Below, piece by piece: positions 1 through 13,673 of a DNA stretch of 64,000 nt. How positions within the stretch are numbered: position 1 is the stretch's first letter; every line of letters begins with the position of its first letter. The stretch covers positions 39,866,001-39,930,000 of the forward strand of contig OZ024757.1 in the NCBI GenBank assembly GCA_964016885.1. Reading direction: 5' to 3'. Below the pieces are notes generated by a model. It did no database searches, was not told where the DNA came from, and worked only from the letters and a program-made list of their open reading frames with translations. A program made the translations under genes and the position numbers. Source of the stretch: Eledone cirrhosa (lineage: Eukaryota).

Positions 1-284
1 TATAATATATATATATATATAATATATATATATATATAATATATAAATATAATATAATATATATATATATATAATATATATATATATATAATATATAAAT
101 ATAATATAATATATATATATATATAATATATATATATATATAATATATAAATATAATATAATATATATATATAATATATATATATATATAATATATAAAT
201 ATAATATATAAATATAATATAATATATATATATAATATATATATATATATAATATATATATATAATATATAAATATAATATAAT

Positions 285-318
<34 letters not shown>

Positions 319-994
319 ATATATATAATATATATATATATATATATAAATATAATATATATATATATAATATATATATATATATAATATATATATATAT
401 AATATATATATATATATATAATATATATATATAATATATATATATATAATATATATATATAATATATATATATATAATATATATATATAATATATATATA
501 TATATAATATATATATATATATATAATATATATATAATATATATATATATAATATATAATATATATATATAATATATATATATAATATATATATATATAT
601 AATATAATATATATATATAATATATAATATATATAATATATATATATATATATAATATATAATATATATAATATATATATATATAATATATATATATAAT
701 ATATATATATATATAATATATATATAATATATATATATATAATATATATATATATATAATATATATATATATATAATATATATATAATATATATATATAT
801 ATAATATATATATATATAATATATATATATATAATATATATAATATATATATATATAATATATATATATATATATAATATATATAATATATATATATATA
901 ATATATATATATAATATATATATATATATAATATATATATATATATAATATATATATATATAATATATATAATATATATATATATATAATATAT

Positions 995-1028
<34 letters not shown>

Positions 1029-1515
1029 ATATAATATATATATATAATATAATATATATATATAATATAATATATATATATAATATAATATATATATATA
1101 ATATAATATATATAATATATATATAATATATAAATATAATATATATATAATATATAATATATAATATATATAATATAATATATAATATATATATATATAA
1201 TATATATAATATATAATATATATATATAATATATATAATAAATATATATAATATTTACATATATAATATATATAATATATATATATATAATATATATAAT
1301 ATATATATATAATATTTATATATATAATATATATATATATTTATATATATAATATATATATATATATAATATATATATATAATATATATATATAATATAT
1401 ATATATAATATATATATATATATAATATATATATATAATATATATATAATATATATATATATAATATATATATATATATAATATATAATATATATAATAT
1501 ATATATATATATAAT

Positions 1516-1549
<34 letters not shown>

Positions 1550-1628
1550 ATATATATATATAATATATATATATAATATATATATAAAATATATATATAT
1601 AATATATATATAATATATATTATATATC
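1..1628. repeat. Interrupted (TA)n satellite, essentially A/T only
   Basis: TA runs punctuated by TAA; only one C (1258) before ~1628. Confidence 0.97.
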
Positions 1629-3152
1629 CATAAAGAAATACCTCCCTTTGGGTGACTTTATCTAGGCTAGTTAAAGTGTGTGAATATCTCAATGTATCTA
1701 TATATATACATATATATATATATATGTGCGTGTGTGTGTATATATATGCAACTGTCCGTCTGTAAATGTGTGTCTATATATGTTAGTAAGGTCTTACATA
1801 CAAACATACATATATACATATATACCTATATATATACAACTGCATGTGTGTAAATGTGTGTCTATATGTGTAAGGTCTTACATGCCAACATACATATATA
1901 TAATATATATAATATATAGTAATAATAATATATATATATAGTAATAATAATAAATTTGACGACTAAAATCCAAAGAGGGCTCGATATGGATAAATATATA
2001 TCAGATATATAAGAACCGTAGAGGAAATATTTATTTTAAATAACAGATTAAAGTTTAAACAAAGAATCGTTGCTTTCACCCTTAATGGGATCTTCTGGAA
2101 CTAACTATATATATATATTATATATATACATATACAACTGTATGTGTGCCTATATTTATGTTAGTAAGTTTATATATATATATACATATATACATACATA
2201 TATTGCATCTCCAATTCACTTTGACATTCAAAAACGAATAACAAAACCACACACAAAACCGCCCACGAAAAGACACACACACACACACAGGCAGGCACAC
2301 ACACACACGAAAAGACACACACACATGAAAAGACACACAGAATCCGTTAATTATTGATAACTTGTATGAACATGAAACCTATGCAGTTGCGAATTTAGTA
2401 AATTGATTTTATTTATTTGACAATATCAAATGCTTACATAAGATATAAGTGTGTGCGTGTGCGCGTGCGTGTGTGTGTTTGTTTGTTTCTTCGTGTAGGT
2501 AGGTGTTTATGTGCTCTAGAACTTTCTGAAAGAATATTTACGGAAATACATATATTCTATGAAGCCCTGTAATAAACATATCCATACATATATATATAAA
2601 AATATCTCTCTCTCTCTATATATATATATATTTATATAAAGATTATATAATTAACTGACACTATATCTCATGCATTATTTAATCTATATCTACATCTACA
2701 TATTTCTACATTGTCTCATCAACGGAAATCTTCAAGTTTGCGTCATTAATGAAGAATATTAAACCTTCCTGACGGATATTTTAATGAAACGTATAAATAC
2801 AATAGATTTTGTTTTGAGACAACTTTCTTTGAAAGTCGGATTCAATGAGAAATGTTTCACTTATTTTCTCCTCTTCACATCTATTGTTTTACTTCGTGCA
2901 TGGAATAATCCTTTAAGGATGTTGTTTAATATTAAATAGATGTTACGTGATTGATAAACGTGTGGTATATGATATAAGATGAGTCAAAATTTAAAATGCA
3001 GTTACGTAAAAATTTATATATATGTGTGTGTGTATATATATTATACATATATATATATGTGTGTGTGTATATATATTATATATATACACACATATACACA
3101 CATATATATACACGCACATACACACACACAGATATATATATATACATATATA

Positions 3153-3188
<36 letters not shown>

Positions 3189-3806
3189 CGTACATACATA
3201 AATATATAATCGTACACACACAGACACACACACACACATATATATATATATATGTTTACATGTTTGTGCTTATATGAGTGGGCGCGATTCATTACACTTG
3301 TGTAGTGTATATTTAGGAATAAAATAGACGTCACGTCTTCACAACTTTAAAATATTAACTTCATAATCACAGGGTCGAGTGTTGGCCCCCTCTGCCTGAC
3401 ATCAAGTTTAATATAGAAATGGCTTCCACAGGACTAGATCTGTTTCATTCAAAGGAAATCATCAGGCGTTTCTGATGGTTTCTTGAGAGTGTATAAGTGT
3501 TTGTGCGTGAATGCATGTGTGTGCTTGTGAGTGCGTTTGTGCCTGTATGTGTGTTAAAGCGTCCTCTGTGTGTATGTGTGTGCGTGTATGAATGCATGTC
3601 TGTCTATTTGGTTTTGTAGGTGAATACATAAGTGCGTCTGTATCTGTCAAAGCATCTGTGTGTGTGTATATATATGGCTGTATGTGTGTGTTTGTGTGTG
3701 AATGCATGTATGTGTTAATACGTACCTATATGTTTGTGTGTATATGGCTATGTAAATACCCCCCCCCCCCAATATCAAATCATCTTCAAGTCAAAGAATA
3801 ACTCAC

Positions 3807-3911
3807 CTTACTCAATCCTTGTTCTTTTAACTTCAAAACGTTCAGAGAAAAATCAGACCTCTCTCCCTTGGAATCGAACATAACTTTTCCCGATAATCCA
3901 TCGAAAACTAC
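3807..3911 (-). CDS. GRIK2: Kainate-type glutamate receptor exon (105 nt; VVFDGLSGKVMFDSKGERSDFSLNVLKLKEQGLSK)
   Basis: Read by hand. Acceptor ttttcag|, donor |gtgagt at 3801-3806, phase 0-0. GL+G.+.F...G.R+DF.L.++.L...GL.K motif. Confidence 0.94.
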
Positions 3912-4189
3912 CTGAAAATTCAGATGAAAAATTATTACATTGAAATGTAGTGTTAAGTTTTGTGATGTGGGAACAACACAATACTATTAGAATAAATATT
4001 ACTTTTCAACAATCCGAATATGTATTAATATGTCAACAATTTTTCTCATTGTATTTATCTCTCTCTCTCTCTCTCTCTCCCTCTCTCACACACACACCCT
4101 CTCTCTCTCTCTCTCTCGTGGTGGTGAGGTGTTGGAGATGGAGCTGTTGGTAATGGTGCGAGTGTATATGTAAGTTATAAGAAAGGAAA

Positions 4190-4700
4190 GGAAGCCGGCA
4201 AATTATCAGTCGTTACAACGTCGGATAGAATGCTTTGCGGTATTCGTACCGTCTCTCTGATCTCTGAGTTGAAATCCTGCCGAGGTCAACTTTGTCTTTA
4301 ATCATTTCTAGGTCGATAGATAAGTATCAGTCTAGTACTTGGGTCGATTAGTCCTTCATATCTCATTCAATAGCCTTCTCTCGAAGAAATCTGCTGTATT
4401 CAGACTTAGAGAATGGATGGGCTCCACCAGGTTTAACAAATGTCCTAGAAACCTCATACGTCACTAGGGTGATGTCAACTTTGTTTTTAATCATTTCGAG
4501 GTTGGTATAAAAGTAACAGTCTAGTTCTGGGGTCGATTAGCCCTCTATATCACTTCCTCTCATTCTATAGCCTTCTCTCCAAGAAATCTGCTGTAACAGA
4601 CCTAGAGAATGGATGGACTCCACCATGTTTTAAATGTGCCCTAAGAACCCCATACGTTACTGCGGCACTCCCTACGAATCCATCAGGAGTTACGGCTCCA
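4190..4700 (+). mobile_element. Older SINE A variant with alternative 3' module, locally duplicated (~190-bp unit x2)
   Basis: 4282-4468 and 4471-4665 align. The tail module (TCAGACCTAGAGA..CCACCAGGTTT..AGAAACGCCGTATGTCAA..CCCTAC) recurs at 4860-4945, 16590-16870, 36700-36810 and inverted near 25990-26060. Confidence 0.6.
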
Positions 4701-5559
4701 GATATACATACAAATACCCACAATACACTCTAAATAGTGCTCTATATATTTTAACAACCATTATCTTTTGAGAGAAAGAATTATATAATGGTTAATCTAT
4801 TCTACCGTACTTGCTAGAGAGCTGTACATTTTCTTCTCACTTTCTAAACTTCTCTGAAAGACCTAGAGAAGGATTGTGGGGCGGGGGGAGTAAAATGCCC
4901 AAGAAATAACCGTATGTCAATACGGCGTCCCTACGTCTCCATCAATATTTAAGGTAATATCACATCACATCACATAGGATCTTACTATCTCTTATATGAC
5001 GCTGTATTTATTTCATAGAGGGTTTTCGTAGTATTCCCTCAAAAGTGCTATTAATAATTCCGCTAATAATTTGTATCATTTACGATAGTTTTATTTCGTT
5101 TCACTCCTAGTACGAAAGCCATTAGACATATATTCTTCAATAGCTATGGATCTTTCTAGTAGATTTATTGGTAATTTTATGTCTTCCTTGCAATAAATTC
5201 TCGTATCCAGAATAGTAAAACTCTCATATTCAAAACCCTATTTAAGCATAAGTTAACTTCGTGAGAATTTAAGGATTCACATTGTAAAGGGTCTCTCAAA
5301 ATTCGATTAATTTCATGAGTTATATATACGATTTCATAATTTACGATTAATGAAAGCGCAAAGCTTAGTGTTTAGAGAACTGGGTTCGCAATCGTGAGAT
5401 TGTGAGTTCGATTCACGGATCGCGAGCAGAAACTGAAGAAGCTCGAGGTTGAATATTTTTCTCCCTAACTGTGTATGTAAGAGGGATATGTATGTGTAAT
5501 ACCTTGATGTTTATTTTTCTTTCTGATTTTTTTGCATAAATACTGAAAAATAAACCAGA

Positions 5560-6045
5560 AAGAGAGAGAGAGAGAGCAAGTGAGAGAGACAGAGAGGCAC
5601 ATAGAGAGACAGAGAGGCACATAGAGAGAGAGAGAGAGTGAGAGAGAGTGAGAGAGAGTAAGGGTGAGAGTAATAGTGAGAGAGAGTGAGAGAGAGAGGC
5701 AGAGAGAGAGAGAGGCAGAGAGAGGCAAAGAGAGGCAGAGAGAGAGAGAGAGGCAGAGAGAGAGGCAGAGAGAGAGATAGAGAGAGAGGCAGAGATAGAG
5801 TAAGGGTGAGAGTGAGAGAGAGAGAGAGGCAGAGAGAGAGATAGAGAGATATACAGAGAAAGAGAGATAGAGTGAGAGAGAGAGATACAAAGAGAGAGAG
5901 AGATACAGAGAGAGAGAGAGAGAGAGAGAACGAGAGATACAGAGAAAGAGAGGACGAGAGATACAGAGAGAGAGAGGACGAGAGATACAGAGAGAGAGAG
6001 AGAGAGAACGAGAGAGAGAGAGAGAGAGAGAGAGAACGAGAGAGA
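5560..6045. repeat. (GA)n compound microsatellite
   Basis: AG runs with GGC, GAT and ACG interruptions, directly downstream of the exon donor at 6085. Confidence 0.95.
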
Positions 6046-6084
6046 TGTAGACATGTATAAGTAAATAAGTAAATGATATCTCAC

Positions 6085-6237
6085 TGTTTTCATGTAGTTA
6101 AGTACGCTGTTTCCATGATTCCATGTATTCTGTTTGGTACAAGAAAGAGCCATTGTATTAATATCACGTGCTGCAGCTACTTGGTGCAATGCTTTGGCAA
6201 ACAAGTAGACGGCGTCGTACATGAGAGCAGTCTCGGT
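6085..6237 (-). CDS. GRIK2: Kainate-type glutamate receptor exon (153 nt; TETALMYDAVYLFAKALHQ...LSCTKQNTWNHGNSVLNYMKT)
   Basis: Acceptor ctttacag|, donor |gtgaga, phase 0-0. ALMYDAV and L.C....W..G motifs, the latter holding the second Cys of the ATD disulfide. Confidence 0.95.
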
Positions 6238-6270
6238 CTGTAAAGAGAAGATATAGCATATTAATATAAA

Positions 6271-6727
6271 CTAACTGGACCCGTGAAAAAATTCACGGAT
6301 AATTTTTGAAATTTAAATATTGTCCAATGAATATTTATCAGTTAATCAAAGTTGTTTGATTTGCAGTATTTTTGATGAGTAAACAATTATATTTTCCTTT
6401 ATTTTACGTATAATAATGTAAGTTTATTTTAAATTAATTTCATAAAAGTACACATAAAAAACATCCTTTAAATCACTTCCCTATATACAATGTTTCTAGT
6501 AAAGGTGATTCCCCTTATGCGGCCATGGGTGGATTGGTTTCGCGGTATAACTTTAACTCTCGCACTGTTCATCGCCCTGGCTCAAAGGCTGCTCTTCAAT
6601 TATGGCATTTCGTCGCCGTTGAACTCTGTTTCTCATATTCTCTAGATAAATTACTATGTAATTACCGAAAGTGTGACACACACGGTCGGACGTACGGTAC
6701 GTAAGTGTAAGCGTATTAATATATAGA
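6271..6727 (-). mobile_element. Non-autonomous Helitron
   Basis: On the minus strand it starts A|TCTATATATTAAT and ends with hairpin CCGTGAA-TTT-TTCACGG, then CCAG-TTAG|T (a CTAG variant). Inserted in an AT dinucleotide with no TSD. Confidence 0.7.
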
Positions 6728-6763
6728 TTATTGAGTTTTGAGGCTTTGTTTCAATATATTTTT

Positions 6764-7005
6764 TCTTCTTCTTCTTCGTCCACTTATTCCCGAGAGCGTT
6801 GTTGGGGCAGAGTCCTCCAACACTCCCTCCAGTGGGTCCTGTCAGAAGCAACTGTCTCCAACTGATCCAGTTGGATTCCCAAGCGAGACCAGCCAAGCTC
6901 ATGGATGTAATCCAACCATCTTGCTCGGGGTGGGTCTACCTCTGGGTTCCCTGCTGGTTGGTTTTACCCGTAAACTCTATCCAGCGATTCTTTCCTGAGA
7001 CATTC
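6764..7005 (-). mobile_element. RTE-like LINE 3' end fragment, degenerate
   Basis: Minus strand reads MSQERIA*...PRGRP(frameshift)RARWLDYIHELGWSRLGI...VASDRTHW, followed by a (GAA)n tail. Confidence 0.7.
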
Positions 7006-7711
7006 TAAACAAACGCCCATAATTTCACCCTAAATTATTCAATGTAATGAATCAAAAACTGTTAGAATTTAATTCATTATATATATTTATTAAATAACCA
7101 TAACTTCCTCAAATTAAAGACTAATATTTTAGTCAAAAGAGGGCTGCAGTAAATAATATAATCCTATTTATTCCCCACCCACACACATTCTGGATGATTA
7201 GTTCAGAAAGTCTTTGATCAGAGTTGGAAAAGGACGAAAGTAAAACTATTTACTACAACAATTTCAACATATATATGATATATATATAATTATATGAAAT
7301 AGAAAAACAAAGTGAAGATAACTTGTGTATAATGACATTATTGACAAAGATAGCTGAAAACATGAAACATTAGTGTTTATTATAACAATTAGGAAATTCT
7401 TTTTTGTTCCTTGCTTCTATTTGAAGTAAAGCTTGAAGTCAAACGAATTTGGTAATTTATATGAATATAAAGGCGTTGTAGTCTCAGATTAATACTCAAT
7501 AACAAAGAAACAGCAATAACGAACATTATCTCGAGAGAATTAAGGCTAACTTAAGAGTAATATATATATATATATATGTATGTATGTATAAAATATATAT
7601 ATACACATACATACACCTAAATATATATATGTGTGTGTGTGTGTGTATATATATGTGTGTGTGTATGTGTATGTGTGTGTGTGTATATATATATATATGT
7701 GTGTGTGTGCA

Positions 7712-7772
<61 letters not shown>

Positions 7773-8584
7773 GTGTGTAAGACGGGGAATTGGTAAAGTA
7801 ATTAAAACATTGGATAAAATTATTTGTGTTATAAATTCTGGGTTTTTTTTGCGTTACTGAGTTCAAATCCCACCGAGCCTGTCTTTGTATTTCCCCCATT
7901 CCTAGGTCGATAAATAAAGTACGGTTTTCCCTTTTCGTCATCCCTTGCCATTTCCAACAGAAAAGAAGACCAAGTTTGACTTCTTCTGAGTCGGATATGA
8001 TGGTCCCAATCAGGTTTAAAACGTCCAAGATGTGTGTCATGGCGGTTTTTCTACGACTCCATCAAACGTTGAATGCTCAAAGTATGGTAATATAGAGCTT
8101 GAATATGTGTGTATGTGTGTGTGTCTGTTTCTTTGTGTGTGTGTCTGTGTCTGTCTCTGTGTGTGTGTGTCTATCTGTGTGTGTGTGTGTTCCTGTGTGT
8201 GTGTGTGTGTGTGTGTGTCTGTGTGTGTCTGCCTGTGTGTATGACGGTGTGAATCTGTATGAGTGTCTATTTCTTTCTGTGGTGTGGTGTGGTGTGGTGT
8301 GGTGTGGTATGGTGTGTGTGTGTGTCTAGTTATGTGTATGTAGTATGACATTGTCTGCCCACTGCAAATGTTGAGTGATTGAAATACCAAATAGAAAATT
8401 ATGTCAATAGTTTTTCTTTAATTTTCTCTTTCTCTTTTATATTTAAAACTCTTCAATCATTTGTTGTGTTAACAACAACAGTTATAATAATGGCAACAAT
8501 AATGATAATAATAATAGAGAGAGAGGTTTATTGGATAGGGAGAGAGAGAAAGATAGAGAGAGAGTTATTGAGGGAGGTGTATGG

Positions 8585-8637
<53 letters not shown>

Positions 8638-8735
8638 GTGTATGGGAGGAAGGCAAAAAGAGACAGACAGAGTTAGTCAAAGATAGATATAATAGTATTA
8701 TAATAATAGCGACAACAATACTACTAATAATAATA

Positions 8736-8767
<32 letters not shown>

Positions 8768-9599
8768 CGTAATAATGAAATGAATTACGTGATCGCATGA
8801 AATTAACTAGCAGACTTTCTGATTCGTATCGATTTCTTGATTCTTGAATTTTGTAATAATAATCTTTATGTCTGCAACAGTATTTTGTTATTTTGTGTGT
8901 ATATCATAGTAACAGTGTTTGCGTGTAACTATCATACATTAGCTCTCTTGTTTTTCACAGCAGTAATCTGTAAATACTAATAATGAGCTCTTAATTAGTC
9001 ACGAACTTGTGTATGCTTGTTATATATGTTAGTATAAAAATTTCAGATTTCTACAAGTAGAGTTAGAAAACTTTGTTTAATCATACAAAATGGCGCCGGA
9101 ACGAAATCACCGTTAGTCATAGGTGAATCACTTTTCTGATATTTTACTCAGCCTTGCCCACCTCTCTCTCTCTCTATCCCATACCTCTTCTCTTCTCTGT
9201 CTTCATCTGTCTTCCTATCTCTCTCTCTCTGTGTCTTCCTATCTCTCTCTCTCTGTCTTCCTATCTCTCTCTCTCTCTGTCTGTCTTGATCTGTCTTCCT
9301 ATCTCTCTCTCTCTGTGTCTTCCTATCTCTCTCTGTCTCTCTGTCTTGATCTGTCTTCCACCCCCCTCACCCCTCTCTCTCCACACATCAACAGCAATTC
9401 CTTCTCTCACTATATCTATCTCTCTCTCTCTCACTCTCATCATACATCAACAATGACTTCTCTCTCTCTCAGCCTCTCTCTTCATTCACCAACAACGTCT
9501 TCTCCCCCCCCCCTCTCACCAGAAATCAATAAACACTTCTGTTTGTGTTGTTCAGATTACAATCACCACACATTGAATATTCCAAGTAATATTCAAAGT

Positions 9600-10798
9600 A
9601 ATACAACACACACACATATATACAACATAACACACATACATACACACAACACACACACAACATAACACATACATACACACACATACTACATACACATATA
9701 CACAACATAACATACTACACACACAACAGAACACACATACATACACACAACACACATACTACATACACATACACACAACAGAACACATACATACACACAC
9801 ATACTACATACACATATACACAACAGAACACATACATACACACATATACACAACATAACATACTACACACACACAACACACACACAACATAACACATACA
9901 ACATAACACATACATACACACAACACTACATACACATACACACAACATAACACACATACACACAACACACACACACAACATAACACACACACAACACACA
10001 TACTACATACACACAACATAACACATACACACACAACACACATACTACATACACATACACACAACATAACACACATACACAACACACATACTACATACAC
10101 AACACATACTACATACACACAACACACACTACATACACACAACACACACATACACACAACATAACACACACACAACACATACTACATACACACAACATAA
10201 CACACATACAGACACACAACACACACATACACACAACATAACACACACAACACACATACTACATACACATACACAGCATACGGCGTTATGATCATAAAGC
10301 CAACATTCTCAAGAGTTGGTCACGTGCCTCGACACCGACGCATTTATATATATACACATCTGTCATATATATATACATCATATATATATATAAATATATA
10401 CATATATCATATATATATAAAAATATACATGTCATATATATATATATATATATATAAATATATATATACATGACATATGTATATATATATAAATATATAT
10501 ATATATATGTCGTATGTATATATATATATAAATATTTATATATTTATGTCATACATATATATATGTACATATGTCATATGTATATATATATAAATATATA
10601 TATATATACATATGTCATATATATATATAAATATATATATACATATGATATATATATATAAATATATATATACATATGATATATATATAAATATATATAT
10701 ACATATGATATATATATATATATAAATATATATATACATATGATATATATATATATATATATATGTCATATATATATATAAATATATATATACATATG

Positions 10799-10832
<34 letters not shown>

Positions 10833-10883
10833 GTCATATATATATATGTACATATGACATATATATATATATATACACATATG

Positions 10884-10920
<37 letters not shown>

Positions 10921-11045
10921 TATGACATATATATATATATATATATATATGTACATATGACATATATATATATATATATGTACATATGACATATATATAT
11001 ATATATATGTACATATGACATATGTCATATATATATATATATAAT
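9600..11045. repeat. CA-rich compound repeat (9600-10280) and TA/CATATGA compound repeat (10345-11045)
   Basis: Direct reading. Confidence 0.9.
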
Positions 11046-12019
11046 CACTCATACGTACACAAGTATAGTATATTCAATTATTTTACCTATAAAAAAAAAT
11101 CACACGCACAAAAAAAAAAAACACCTCACAATAAAAACACAACATCTTCAAATGACACAATTTTGTATTTAGCTAAAATATGAATTGAAATTCTAAGATC
11201 TCCATATATTCTATAGAGAATGGAAATGTCACAGATTGTCTAAGCAGTGAACAGCAAAATAATAAACCAAATGTCAACAGAATGATTCGTTTCAAACACC
11301 TATACTGAGAACAGATTAGCCATCTTTGAAATAAATACTGATATTGGTGTCTTTTGTTGTCGTTGATTAGCCCCAAGTTAGATGTTAGCTTTGTTCGAAT
11401 AGACATTATTATCAACAGATTCTTAACTCTGACCATTACCTTCTATATATTTTGATTTTTTATTTCTTTTACTGTTTCTGTTCTTATTTTGTTAATTTTT
11501 TTATTTATTTAAAGTTTTTGAGGCATTATCATGAAATCAACAAAATATGTTAGGTAATTTATAGAAATAAAAAAAGAAAAAATTCTATGAAAACGTAAAG
11601 GCGTCGGGGTGGTGGTGGGTGGTATTGAATAGTGGAGGACTTGGCATACTTGTTAGAACAAGGGAGAGAAAGTTTTATGTTGTTCGTTCAACTACCTTTG
11701 TTCTGACTTCAAATCTGATTGGATTCGACTAAACCTCCCTTCCTTCATATAAATATATATACGAATGTATATATGTATACATACAAATGCGTGTGTATAT
11801 ATATATATATATAACAAAGAAAGTGTGGTAAGAAACCAGGTGGGCGATAACGCACCAGAGTACTCGATACTTAGTGTAAGAGAGTGGGTAATAGGAAACG
11901 AGTCAGGACACCGACGGCTGAGCTCTGGCTGTTTTGACAGCTAGATCCGGACTAGGCCATACATATAATATATATATATATATATTCCCATTGTATATAT
12001 ATATATTTACAATCGACAT

Positions 12020-12225
12020 ATTTTCGTCAAATCGGACCGAGGAAACAATGCTTCCATCTGTCTTTCCAATTGCTAATAATATCTATCGGTCGCAACTCCA
12101 GGTAGAAGGAGCAACGTGAAATAAAGTGTCTTGCTAAAGGACATAACGCATCACCTGGCCCGGGAATCGAACTCACAACCTCACGATTGCTAATCCAATT
12201 CTCTAACCACTCAGCCACGCATCTG
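12020..12225 (-). mobile_element. tRNA-derived CORE-like SINE (family B)
   Basis: Minus strand: A box GTGGCTGAGTGG, B box GAGTTCGATTCCC, CORE-like TGTCCTTTAGCAAGACACTTTATTTCACGTTGCTCC, then tail TACCTGGAGTTGCGACCGATAGA. Confidence 0.75.
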
Positions 12226-12753
12226 TGTGCTTCGATATTGTTTAAATAACACGGTTCCAAAACAGAACTGTTTAAGTTTCATTCTAAAATAACTTTAAAC
12301 AGGGCATTGTTTCCTCCGATGTTCTCTTCTAGTTCTCGGGAGTTTTCTAGTCTTATTTTATTATACTTCATTTTATCTTTACTCTTTACTATGCAAACTA
12401 CAGTAAAATATCATTATATATTGTCAGCTATCTTTTACAGAAAATCATTTATTTTGCGTCACTTTCCATAGCTTCTTGGTTGGCCAAGAATCCGTCATTA
12501 TTTTCTAAGTGATGTCAATTTATTACTTCTATTTCTAACAACTTTCTTTAGTTCCTATCACTATTTCATTGTCTTTCCATTTTCTGCTTCTCTTCGTTCA
12601 TTTATCTTTTCTCTTTTTATTATTATTATTATTATTATTTTTTTTTTTGCTTTTTCCATTCATTCTTGCATCTTCTTTTATTTCTCATTCCGTTGTTATG
12701 GAAACTATTCCCAAGAATCTAATTTATGTTCGGTTTTATTCTATTGTTTTATT

Positions 12754-12784
<31 letters not shown>

Positions 12785-12887
12785 TTTATTTATTATTATT
12801 TCTGATTTTCTTTTTCACCTTTCGGTTAATAAAGACGTTCAACAAAATAGATTTTCTTTCAGTAATTCCTCTTTTATTATTATTATT

Positions 12888-13670
12888 AATTACCCCCAGT
12901 GCATTACTGGTACTTTATTTTATCGACCCCATAAGGACGAGGTTAACTTTTCCCTTCATCCTTACGGATAAAATAAAGTACCAGTAATGCACTGGGGGTA
13001 ATTACTGGCCTTGTGCCAAAAGTAGAAATAATTATTATTATCCATTATTATTATTTTTCCAGCATAGTTACGTCCCTTTATAATCTGAGTTCAAATCCCG
13101 CCGAGGTTGACTTTGCCTTTCATCCTTACGGGGTCGATAAAATAAAGTACCAGTAATGTACTGGGTATTTGCTGGCCTTGTGCCAAAAGTAGAAACAATT
13201 ATTATTATTATTATTATCAGGGCGGTGGTTTGGCAGTATCGGTAGAGGATCGGACGCCATGCTTTGCAGCATAGAGTTACGGCCCTTTACGGTCTAACTT
13301 CAAATCCCGCCGAGTTTAACTTTGCCTTTCATCCTTACGGGCTCGATAAAATAAAGTACCAGTAATGAACTGGGGTCGATTTAATCGCCCCCCCCCCCCC
13401 AGTTGCTGACCTTGTGCCTATATAAGAAACAATTATTATCACGGTGGCTGTTTGGCAGTATCGGTAGAGAGTCAGACACCCTGCTTCGCAGCATAGAGTT
13501 ACGGCCTTTTACATTCTAAGTTCAAATCCCGCCGAGGTTAACTTTGACTTTTATCCTTACAGGGTCGATAAAATAAAGTACCAGTAATGCACTGGGGTTC
13601 GATTTAATCGACTTTCCCTTCCCTTGCAAATTGCTGGTGTTGTGCCTAAAGTAGAAATAGTTATTATTAT
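12888..13670 (+). mobile_element. Cluster of tandem tRNA-derived SINEs (family A)
   Basis: Four partial or complete copies head to tail. Each has A-box-like TGGCAGTATCGG, B-box GAGTTCAAATCCC, body GCCTTTCATCCTTACGGGGTCGATAAAATAAAGTACCAG and tail GCTGGCCTTGTGCC.AAAGTAGAAAC(ATT)n. Confidence 0.85.
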
Positions 13671-13673
13671 TAT

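Noticed and set aside
1630-3800. Next receptor exon (+GTW... into S1)
   Set aside because: No matching frame with splice sites was found by eye; it presumably lies beyond the left edge of the window.
5413-6084. Ser/Leu-rich C-terminal extension of the 269-aa ORF
   Set aside because: Read-through past the donor at 6085 into a (TC)n tract; receptor homology continues in exon 3807-3911.
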